DNA of 48,599 bases from Gemmatimonadota bacterium (GTDB taxonomy: Bacteria > Gemmatimonadota > Gemmatimonadetes > Longimicrobiales > Gaopeijiaceae), in NCBI GenBank assembly GCA_013043565.1, contig JABDNZ010000169.1:1-48599 (forward strand), given 5' to 3'. The notes beneath the pieces were generated by a model, which ran no database searches, was not told where the DNA came from, and was given only the letters and a program-made list of their open reading frames with translations. Positions 35,945 to 43,456 of this stretch are shown here, piece after piece (position 1 is the first letter of the stretch; every line of letters begins with the position of its first letter). The position numbers were made by a program, and so were the translations under genes.

Positions 35945-37195
35945 ATGACGAAGTCCCAGAAGAACCCACGGCCCTTTTTCGTCGGCCCTCTCTTGGTCGG
36001 CCTGTCTTTGCTGGCTTTAGACTGCACGCCGGCAGACCAAGCCGGAACTCTGCAATCGGAAGCCGCCGAATCCTCGTTTGTCCCCGAACCGTCAGCCCCT
36101 CCCACCGGGCCCTACGAAGACTTCACATCTGAACAATTGATGGAAGCCTTCGGCCTTCGGGAGGCCGACACGCCCATCAGGGAGTCCCCGGGATGGGCTT
36201 CTACCGAGAAGGTCGTCGTGTTCCTCCCCGAGGAATGGGATCGGCGGGAGGAACGTATGGCCTTCCTCCAGGAGGCGGCCCCCGGGGTGGAGTTGATCCC
36301 GGTAAGGAACCGGGCAGATGCTATGGAACGGGGAGTCCTTGCCGAAGCCGATGTCGTTCTGGGCCTCGGCTGCTCGGAGAGCACTCTCAATGCCATCGGG
36401 GCCCGTGTGAGGTGGATCCAATCCGGAAGTGTGGGAGTGGCCAGGTGCTTTGAAGAAAGCGTGAATCAGGCCCTCCGTGAGAGGCACATTCTGGCCACTT
36501 CCATCCGGGACATGACAAAGAGGGCCATCGCCCAGCACTCCCTCACCCTCATGCTGTCCCTCATTGGTGGGATGGATATCCACCACGACCGGCAAGAGGA
36601 CCACTTCTGGGGGAGGACCCAGACCGATGTGGTGAAAGACAAACACCTGGACATGGAGTTCCAGGATCAGACTCTCTTCGTGGTGGGTCTTGGAAGCATC
36701 GGAACGGAGGTCGGGCGGTTGGCCCACGCCCTCGGTTTCCGGGTCGTCGCCACGAGGAACTCCAGTCGCGAAGGCCCGGACTTTGTCGACTACGTTGGCC
36801 TTTCCGACGAGATGTATGAGCTCGCCGCTCAGGCCGACGTGGTTTATGCAGCCGTACCCAACACCCCGGCCACCCAAGACATGTTCGACAAGCAGTTCTT
36901 CAACGCAATGAAGGAGTCGGCTTACTTCGTGAGTATCGTTCGGCTGCCCGTCATAAACTGGGAGGACTTGAAGGATGCCCTTCGAACCGGATCAATCGCG
37001 GGATTTGGTGCGGACGACCTTCCCCAAGACGACTTCGAGCTCTGGGATATGCCGCGGGTCATCATGACCCCCCACGTATCCGACTATTCGAATCGATACC
37101 GGGACAACCAGTTCCTCCTTTACCGGGAGAACCTTCGCAGGTACGTAGCTGGCGAACGGATGCTGAACGTGGTGGATTTGGATCGAGGGTACTGA
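35945..37195 (+). CDS. D-isomer-specific 2-hydroxyacid dehydrogenase family protein with an N-terminal hydrophobic/signal-like extension
   Basis: NAD-binding VVGLGSIGTEVGRLAHALGFRVVATR, and the catalytic-region MTPHVS. The N-terminus MTKSQKNPRPFFVGPLLVGLSLLALDC looks like a signal or weak lipobox. The alternative cytoplasmic start ATG 36140 would remove it. Confidence 0.75.
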   Translation: MTKSQKNPRPFFVGPLLVGLSLLALDCTPADQAGTLQSEAAESSFVPEPSAPPTGPYEDFTSEQLMEAFGLREADTPIRESPGWASTEKVVVFLPEEWDRREERMAFLQEAAPGVELIPVRNRADAMERGVLAEADVVLGLGCSESTLNAIGARVRWIQSGSVGVARCFEESVNQALRERHILATSIRDMTKRAIAQHSLTLMLSLIGGMDIHHDRQEDHFWGRTQTDVVKDKHLDMEFQDQTLFVVGLGSIGTEVGRLAHALGFRVVATRNSSREGPDFVDYVGLSDEMYELAAQADVVYAAVPNTPATQDMFDKQFFNAMKESAYFVSIVRLPVINWEDLKDALRTGSIAGFGADDLPQDDFELWDMPRVIMTPHVSDYSNRYRDNQFLLYRENLRRYVAGERMLNVVDLDRGY

Positions 37196-37201
37196 GGGGA
37201 T

Positions 37202-37970
37202 TCACCTGCCCCTTGGCGGACGCATTGGTTTGGCCACCCTCTTGGTTGGGGGCGCACCTTTGGCCCTGGGTGCGCTTTTGGCCCTGGGCGCACCCTTTCC
37301 CCAACGGTCCCGGAATTGCTTTCCGGCCCCTCGGGGGATCGCGGGACCGTGGCCGAAGCAGGCGACCTCGAAATCGAACCTGCATAGATGTTGTAGGCTC
37401 ATCACGCCCTGCTGTAGGTGCTCGTATGCCATCATCAACCTAAGTCCCCACAGGTTGGCTGCCGCGTCCCCAAGGAAGGCGGTCTTCTTCTTCTTGGCCA
37501 GGAAGACCACATGGCCTTCGGTGTGGCCTGGGGTGTGGATGACGGAGATGCCTCCACCTATCGGGAGCACGTCATTGTTTCCAACCAAGACGTCAGCTTT
37601 CACTGGCTCCACCGTCTCCGGCTTCGGGACGATCATGACCTGGTAGAGAATCCGGTTGAGTAGCCCAGGAGTCGGCAGAAGACGACGCATTGCCCTGCCG
37701 GCGGCAACGAGCAACGCATCCCGCCGGTGCATGTAGATCCGAGCCGAGGTCAGCTTTTTCAGCTCCGCCAGCCCACCGGCATGATCTGGGTGGCAATGCG
37801 TCACGAGGATGTGACGAAGGTCGGACGTCTCGCCCAAGGGAACTGATAGCCGCGAGAATCTGGGGTCCACTTCCTTTGACTCCGGCATCAACCAGAACCA
37901 GACCGTCGGACTCAGCATCCAGCAGAAAAGCGTTCACGCCCGGGAGGCTGATCTGGTGTAACCCAGGCAT
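37202..37970 (-). pseudogene. MBL-fold metallo-hydrolase interrupted by a +1-nt frameshift
   Basis: The N-terminal part (MPGLHQISLPGVNAFLLDAESDGLVLVDAGVKGSGPQILAAISSLG) is in one frame. The rest (ETSDLRHILVTHCHPDHAGG ... HTPGHTEGH ... GHGP) is in another. The join lies at the GGGC run near 37830-37840. The total length of 769 nt is not a multiple of 3. Confidence 0.7.
37252..37300. repeat. 18-bp tandem repeat (~2.7 copies) encoding the basic tail (G)APRAK(S/G)APRAKGAP of the MBL gene
   Basis: GCGCACCTTTGGCCCTGG / GTGCGCTTTTGGCCCTGG / GCGCACCCTTTCC, read directly from the sequence. Confidence 0.85.
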
Positions 37971-38025
37971 GATCCGGCGAGGGCCAGTAGATCTTTTCCA
38001 AGCCTCAGGTCTCAGGGGCTCCAGC

Positions 38026-38301
38026 CTAAGAGTCACCGGGCTCCGCTTCTCCATCACCGGTCATCAACAGCTTCTCCGTGAAATCCAGCCGCTCCGAGAG
38101 GTTGTTCACCTCTCCCTGGAGGGCCATGAGTTCTTCGACCATCGTGTCCATCTGATCGGTGAGTTGGCGGGGAGCTTGGTCTCCTGGCATCCCGCCCTCG
38201 AGCCGGCGAATGCGTGACAAGAAGTACGCCAGAATTCCCACCATCGCAGCGCTGCCAATTACCGCGGCGAAAATGATGAGCAGAGCTACCAGGCTAAACA
38301 T
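38026..38301 (-). CDS. small single-TM protein with C-terminal coiled coil (hypothetical)
   Basis: MFSLVALLIIFAAVIGSAAMVGILAYFLSRIRRLE, then a heptad-like QLTDQMDTMVEELMALQGEVNNLSERLDFTEKLL. Confidence 0.55.
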   Translation of the reverse strand: MFSLVALLIIFAAVIGSAAMVGILAYFLSRIRRLEGGMPGDQAPRQLTDQMDTMVEELMALQGEVNNLSERLDFTEKLLMTGDGEAEPGDS

Positions 38302-38360
38302 GTCTCCCTCCACATCCTCCGGTTAGGCTCGATCCGAAAAGAACGCCGGATCAGCGCTGG

Positions 38361-38573
38361 TCAGCTCGGTTTCGCGGAAAGCCAACGGTACCCAACTCCA
38401 GTTCCTAGGAACAGCACGGGCAAAAGGAACCACCATAGGTGCTCTCTTATAAATCCCGACATGTACGCACCCACGATCATCCCCAACATCACACAGTAGA
38501 CCTTGAGGGCCCCGATGTCCCAGATGGTCATCGCGTTGGTCCTGCTCTCAGCCCATTCGAAGAGGTCCATCAT
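38361..38573 (-). CDS. small 2-TM membrane protein (hypothetical)
   Basis: 70 aa from ATG 38573 (MMDLFEWAES...). It has two hydrophobic helices and a GGGGAG-like RBS. The longer track ORF (to 38780) would overlap the APH gene. Confidence 0.5.
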   Translation of the reverse strand: MMDLFEWAESRTNAMTIWDIGALKVYCVMLGMIVGAYMSGFIREHLWWFLLPVLFLGTGVGYRWLSAKPS

Positions 38574-38601
38574 TCTGCTCCCCGTGGAGGGTTCAGTTGA
38601 C

Positions 38602-39309
38602 TCACGAGACGACATCGTAGAGTAGCCGGTAGAACTCCACTCGTTCATCATCTCGCCCGACACCGTACTCTTCAAGGAAAAGATCCTCGTAGCCGGGACC
38701 CAGATTCCACGTGACGCTCCAGGTCGCCACCGCCAGGTCCCACCAACGATCCGCCACACCAAGCTCGCCCAGGTCGACAAACCCGGTCGCGACGCCGTCT
38801 TCGATCAGAATGTTGGGAAAGCAGTAATCCCCGTGGCAAACGACGAGATCCTCCGGGCCCGGCCGTATCAGGTGGAGACGCTCGATGGCCTCAGCGGCGG
38901 AAAGGTGGCCGTACTCTTCGTGAAAGTCCCGGACCGGATCGATCTGGCCGGTTTGTAAACGTCGTTGTGCGTGTTTCAATGCGGCCTCGACGCGGAAGTC
39001 GAAGGGGCAGCTTTCCACCGGCGCCCGATGGAAGGACCGCAGTCCATGAGCCAGAATGGAAACGAGGCTGGCGGGATCAGCCTTGAGCGCTGGTTCCGTG
39101 GCATCGATCCCAGGGAGAGCTTCGGTGATCATCCATGCGAGATCACCATCCGAGCCCTGGTCGACCACGCGAGGCACCGGTAGGTAATCATGTGCCCATC
39201 TCATCCGCCGGGCTTCATCGGCCAACGATGGGTGCCAACCGACCGGGGCCAGCTTCAGGTACCGAATCCCCTTAACTGCCAGCCCCCTCCGTAAGGCGGG
39301 CCAACTCAT
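38602..39309 (-). CDS. aminoglycoside 3'-phosphotransferase (APH(3'))-like kinase, N-terminally short
   Basis: Catalytic loop VVCHGDYCFPNIL and Mg-binding FVDLGELGVADRWWDLA. It ends FYRLLYDVVS, like APH(3') enzymes. It has only ~16 residues before the conserved Lys strand (RYLKL), and two TAG codons sit immediately upstream in frame. It overlaps the upstream gene by 38 nt. Confidence 0.7.
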   Translation of the reverse strand: MSWPALRRGLAVKGIRYLKLAPVGWHPSLADEARRMRWAHDYLPVPRVVDQGSDGDLAWMITEALPGIDATEPALKADPASLVSILAHGLRSFHRAPVESCPFDFRVEAALKHAQRRLQTGQIDPVRDFHEEYGHLSAAEAIERLHLIRPGPEDLVVCHGDYCFPNILIEDGVATGFVDLGELGVADRWWDLAVATWSVTWNLGPGYEDLFLEEYGVGRDDERVEFYRLLYDVVS

Positions 39310-39967
39310 CTACTACCTGCTCGAGTTTGGCTGACTCATTGCCCGAGATCTTTTTGAAGAAAGCCCTGAGGATAGGGTACAAGATCGGAAGAACGGTGAG
39401 ACACACGATCAGACCCGGAAGGCTACCATCCTTTGCGAACTTGATCAGCCCTATGATGCTGGGAAGAAGTCCCATGAACCCCGGGATCAGGTAGGTAAGG
39501 ACCGCTACGCCGGACAGGTTCGAGGAACCCTGAATGGTGGTCGTCCCATCTCGGGAGGAGAGGGTGACATATCGGGCACTGGCCTCGCCCTTCGCACTCC
39601 ATTCCAGGGAACCCCGGATCTCTTCGATCTTTCCCTGTTCCTCCATGGTCCGTCGGATGACGGAGAGGATCTCCGGCGTGTCGTCAGGATCGAATTCCCC
39701 CTGGACCCTACGTTCGAAGCTCAGGACGGTGGGTCCACCAAGGAGTTTGTTTGGTCGGTTTTTGTTCCGGAGGGAAACTGTTCGGGCCGCATCCTCGAGG
39801 CGGGAGGGATCGATGCCCACTTCCTCCCCAATGGATTTTAGCTCCGCCAGGGAAAGACCTTCGCGTTTCGACAGGGCCCGTGACGGCGCCTTGTTCACTG
39901 CCTCTTTCAGGATCTCCCGGACCTCCTCGTCCGTGAACGTCCTCTCATCGATGGGCGTTTCTTCCAT
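39272..39967 (-). CDS. uncharacterised membrane protein, tandem paralog B
   Basis: 231 aa, homologous to 39971-40657. It has a soluble N-terminal ~165 aa, two TM helices and a C-terminal amphipathic helix. Confidence 0.7.
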   Translation of the reverse strand: MEETPIDERTFTDEEVREILKEAVNKAPSRALSKREGLSLAELKSIGEEVGIDPSRLEDAARTVSLRNKNRPNKLLGGPTVLSFERRVQGEFDPDDTPEILSVIRRTMEEQGKIEEIRGSLEWSAKGEASARYVTLSSRDGTTTIQGSSNLSGVAVLTYLIPGFMGLLPSIIGLIKFAKDGSLPGLIVCLTVLPILYPILRAFFKKISGNESAKLEQVVDELARLTEGAGS

Positions 39968-39970
39968 GGT

Positions 39971-40657
39971 CTACCTCTCCACCAATCGACCCAGCTCATC
40001 CACGACCCTTTGCAGCTTCATGGATTCCTTGCTCGAGATCTTCCGAAAGACTGTTCTGAGGGCCGTGTAAATGGTCGGGAGGAGGCCGAGGCCGAGGATC
40101 ATCCCGAAGGCACTCGCATTATTCGCAGCTGCCGCGAAGGCGCCTACGGAGAGCACCGTCCCGATGATACCAGCCGGAAGGAAGGTCACCACGGCCCCAT
40201 TCGTCAAGTTGGCAGACCCGCGAATGGTTATGGTCCCGTCCCGAGGGGAGACCGTGACGTACCGCTCACCCGAATCACCCTTGGCCCTCCACTCCAGGGA
40301 CCCGTGGATCTCGTCCACCTCGCCCTGAGTGCCCATGGTCCGACGAACCAGGGAAAGGATCTCGGGGGTGTCCTTCGGATCCAACTCCCCTTCAACCTTC
40401 CGCTCGAAATCCAGGTGGAGGGGGCCTCCAAGAATCCGATTCGGCTTGTTCCCCTCACCAAGGACCACGGCCCGGGCTGCGTCCTCCACCCGGGTCGGGT
40501 CGATCCCGACCTCCCCGGCGATGGATATCAACTCCTCCAGGGAAAGCCCTTCTGTCTTAACCAGGGATTTGGAGGAAGTCCTCTCCACGGCCTTCTTGAG
40601 GATCTTCCTGACCTCCTCGTCCGTGAACTTTCTTCCCTCAAGGGGAGTCTCCGGCAT
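39971..40657 (-). CDS. uncharacterised membrane protein, tandem paralog A
   Basis: 228 aa. The conserved blocks FTDEEVRKILKKAV, EGLSLEELISIAGEVGIDPTRVEDAARAV, DTPEILSLVRRTM, GSLEWRAKG and RYVTVSPRDGTITIRGSANL are shared with paralog B. Confidence 0.7.
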   Translation of the reverse strand: MPETPLEGRKFTDEEVRKILKKAVERTSSKSLVKTEGLSLEELISIAGEVGIDPTRVEDAARAVVLGEGNKPNRILGGPLHLDFERKVEGELDPKDTPEILSLVRRTMGTQGEVDEIHGSLEWRAKGDSGERYVTVSPRDGTITIRGSANLTNGAVVTFLPAGIIGTVLSVGAFAAAANNASAFGMILGLGLLPTIYTALRTVFRKISSKESMKLQRVVDELGRLVER

Positions 40658-40726
40658 TCCAAGGCCCTCAAAAAGTGGATGATCAGGTTAGTGCTCGATT
40701 TCACCGCCCCGGGGGCTAACCGCGCG

Positions 40727-41491
40727 TCACCCTATGGGCGTCAGCGTCACGGTACGGAAGTGGACCACCCCTCCCTCCGACTGAAGACCGATCTTGCCAG
40801 GTCGTACGAGGCAATCCGTCGCTTCGTTTACCACCATGCCATTCAAAACGACGGTGATGTGGTCGCCGTCTACCGTGATCTCGTAGCGATTCCACTCGCC
40901 CGGGGCGTTCTCATTCCCCGCGATCTTGGCCAGGTTCCACCCAATTGAGATCTCGGACAATCGCTCGGGATCCCCGCCGATCTGGAAACCCTGGAATCCG
41001 TACATATCCCCGGCGCTCCCACTTCGAAGCTGAGCCTCTACCGAACTCGGCAACATCTCGGGTTCCCCGGCGATCCTCATGAGCACCCCGCTGTTCCCGG
41101 GCTCTTCCGGCCAGCGCCACTCCACCACAAGCTTGAAGCTCTCGTACTCGTCCACCGTGGCCAAGTAACCTCTGGGCTCCCCCTTACAAACCAGTATGCC
41201 ATCCTCGACGCTCCAGACATCCGCCATGGTGGCGTTCTCGTCTTCGAGGAAGTACTCCCAACCTGACAAATCCTCGCCATTGAAGAGTTGAATCTCCTGG
41301 GGCACGGAGCTTTCAGCGTCAGCGGCGGCGGCATCTTCGCTTTGGCCCGGGGAACACTGGGCAATCAGTGGGACCGCAACCAACATCAAACAGCCGGCGG
41401 TGAGTCGCTTGAGGAAACCATCTCGGGATGTCGATGGTCTTCCCTGATCCTCATGTGTCGTCGAGCTATGGTCTCTAGTCGCTCTGTTCAT
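40727..41491 (-). CDS. DUF1080 (3-keto-disaccharide hydrolase-like, concanavalin fold) lipoprotein
   Basis: LFNGEDLSGWEYF, GNSGVLMRI, GEWNRYEITVDGDHITVVLNG and KIGLQSEGGVVHFRTV are the usual DUF1080 blocks. Lipobox IAQC. Confidence 0.8.
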   Translation of the reverse strand: MNRATRDHSSTTHEDQGRPSTSRDGFLKRLTAGCLMLVAVPLIAQCSPGQSEDAAAADAESSVPQEIQLFNGEDLSGWEYFLEDENATMADVWSVEDGILVCKGEPRGYLATVDEYESFKLVVEWRWPEEPGNSGVLMRIAGEPEMLPSSVEAQLRSGSAGDMYGFQGFQIGGDPERLSEISIGWNLAKIAGNENAPGEWNRYEITVDGDHITVVLNGMVVNEATDCLVRPGKIGLQSEGGVVHFRTVTLTPIG

Positions 41492-41550
41492 TCTGGATTC
41501 CCTGTATGAGAGTTTTTTCGGTCTTTGAGCATTGCTGCCAAAGTACGGCC

Positions 41551-42417
41551 CTAAGCCGAGAGCCGCTTCACCCCCACATCTCCCAGGATCCCCAAAGGGC
41601 CCCGCCTACGAATCACCTCCAACTCCTCCTCGTCCCGGGCCAAGAATGATCCCGCGAATCCCAGAGCATTCACCGAGATGGATCGGTGTTTTTCTACCGA
41701 TCGCGGGACATAGAACATCCACTCCCGCGTGACCAGGAGATTATACGGGCCCGGAGGTCTCGAGCCAGACCCACGCCCCACCATCTCGAGGTAGATCTCC
41801 ACACTGGCCCGCGCGGCCTCGGTAACAGGCGCCGACTCCAGGTGATCCACTCGGGCGACAGAATGTGCGAAGGGAAACCCATCCACTGTTCCGAGGGGGC
41901 CATTAGCCGAAGCCTCCGTCAGGAGTTGGGTGATGGGTGTATGCTCGGATCCGCCCCCAAGGGGAAGGGGCACCTGCTGGAGGTGCTTGTGTGGCTGGCT
42001 GGCTCCGGCAACCTCCCCTGAGTTGTAGAATGCCAGGCTGTCGAACTCCCGCAGGCACATCCACATCGCCACGAAATCCGCCACCGTGAGGAGGGTTTCC
42101 TGATCCTCGAACTCTCGGGTCACAAGAAGAAGATGGTGGTCCATCACGTTGAACTTGTTCAACAAGCACACGTGGCTGTCAAAGACATCGGCCACGAATA
42201 GGGCCTCATCATACGGAAGGAACGGATTCGTCCCGGTTTGGCGTTGGGCGATCTTGGCTCGGGCCTTCCGCTCGAGTTGCTGAACCAGGTGCACCTGGAA
42301 GCGGACCCCAGCCTCCTCAACGAACTCCATGCGGGTGGGAATCCTTTCGAGGGCGCCTCGTCGGACCGCGGATTCCGTCGTATCGAGGACGGACTGCCAG
42401 AGGGAGTTCGCTTTCAT
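41551..42417 (-). CDS. ATP adenylyltransferase / Ap4A phosphorylase (Apa2-like, HIT-related) family protein
   Basis: NPFLPYDEALFV, CLLNKFNVMDHHLLLVTREFEDQ and the nucleotide-binding GASQPHKHLQ. Start at ATG 42417. Confidence 0.75.
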   Translation of the reverse strand: MKANSLWQSVLDTTESAVRRGALERIPTRMEFVEEAGVRFQVHLVQQLERKARAKIAQRQTGTNPFLPYDEALFVADVFDSHVCLLNKFNVMDHHLLLVTREFEDQETLLTVADFVAMWMCLREFDSLAFYNSGEVAGASQPHKHLQQVPLPLGGGSEHTPITQLLTEASANGPLGTVDGFPFAHSVARVDHLESAPVTEAARASVEIYLEMVGRGSGSRPPGPYNLLVTREWMFYVPRSVEKHRSISVNALGFAGSFLARDEEELEVIRRRGPLGILGDVGVKRLSA

Positions 42418-42667
42418 CCGATTCCATCGCGTCGGTTGCGGAGAGGGAGAGCCCGGCACACACCCGGGAGGAGGCTGATCCCGGACAGGCATGAGCTGAA
42501 GGCGATGGAAGCCTAAGGCTCATTCTGCTGAAGAGGCAAGCAGTGCTTGGCAGGTATGGGGCAACCAAGCCACTTTCCCAGGGAAGCCCCTGGACACTCA
42601 ACGGCCCGGTACGCCCGAGGGTCATCCCCAAAAGACCAAAACCCTCCCCGACCAGGGATGACGGACC

Positions 42668-43456
42668 ATGAAAAAACTACTGACGCTGGCGCTCCTCCTC
42701 CTTCCCGTGACCGTCTCGGCCCAACAGCAGGGGGTCATCCTCTTCGACCGCCAGGTCCAGTACGGGTTCGAGGTGCCGGAGGATCTGAAGAACAGGCCGC
42801 AGTTGAAGGAGATGCTGGATGCCATGCCGCCGGCTCATTTCGCCTCCCTGCTTCTCCTCTTCGACGAGTCGGCCTCTCTCCTGACTCCCGTTCCCGAGCC
42901 TGAACCGGAGGTCGCCGTCAGCGATGCCCCGAGGGCAGCGGGACTTGTCATGAGGTTGAAGATGGGATCTTCCTCCCGGAGTGATCAGGAGGAGTTTTTG
43001 GATACCTACGTCCGCTACGAAGACGGGATGATTGCTGAAACCCGGGACTTCATGACCAGGCAGTTCCTTCTGACCGGTACCCGACCCGCCTATCAATGGA
43101 AGCTCACGGGTGAGCAGAGCGAGTTCCTGGGCTACGCGGTTCAAAAGGCTACGGCGGTACAGGACAGCTCGATGATCGAGGCCTGGTTTACGCCGGAGAT
43201 TCCGGTCCCGGCTGGGCCTGGGCCTTATGGAGGACTCCCCGGAATGATCCTCTCCGTGTCCGTGAATGACGGACAGACGCTTTATTCGGCCACCGAGGTG
43301 AAGCTGGAAACCGTGGATGCTTCTGCCATCAAGGCGCCGGTGGACGGTGATCAGGTCTCACACGAGGAATACGAAAAGATCGTGGCCGAGAAGCTGGAGG
43401 AGATCAAAATGCGGCAGCGGCGTCGGGGTGGAGGAGATCGCGGGGGACTCGGGTAG
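42668..43456 (+). CDS. GLPGLI family protein
   Basis: Signal peptide. The block GPYGGLPGMILSVSVNDGQTLYSATEV is a variant of the eponymous GLPGLI motif. It sits immediately upstream of an outer-membrane barrel gene, as is usual for this family. Confidence 0.75.
   Translation: MKKLLTLALLLLPVTVSAQQQGVILFDRQVQYGFEVPEDLKNRPQLKEMLDAMPPAHFASLLLLFDESASLLTPVPEPEPEVAVSDAPRAAGLVMRLKMGSSSRSDQEEFLDTYVRYEDGMIAETRDFMTRQFLLTGTRPAYQWKLTGEQSEFLGYAVQKATAVQDSSMIEAWFTPEIPVPAGPGPYGGLPGMILSVSVNDGQTLYSATEVKLETVDASAIKAPVDGDQVSHEEYEKIVAEKLEEIKMRQRRRGGGDRGGLG

Noticed and set aside
38574-38780. Longer version of the small membrane ORF (139 aa), overlapping the APH gene by 179 nt.
   Set aside because: The extension is Ser/Thr/Trp/Arg-rich with no hydrophobic segment and lies out of frame inside the kinase gene. 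The internal ATG 38573 has an RBS-like GGGGAG.
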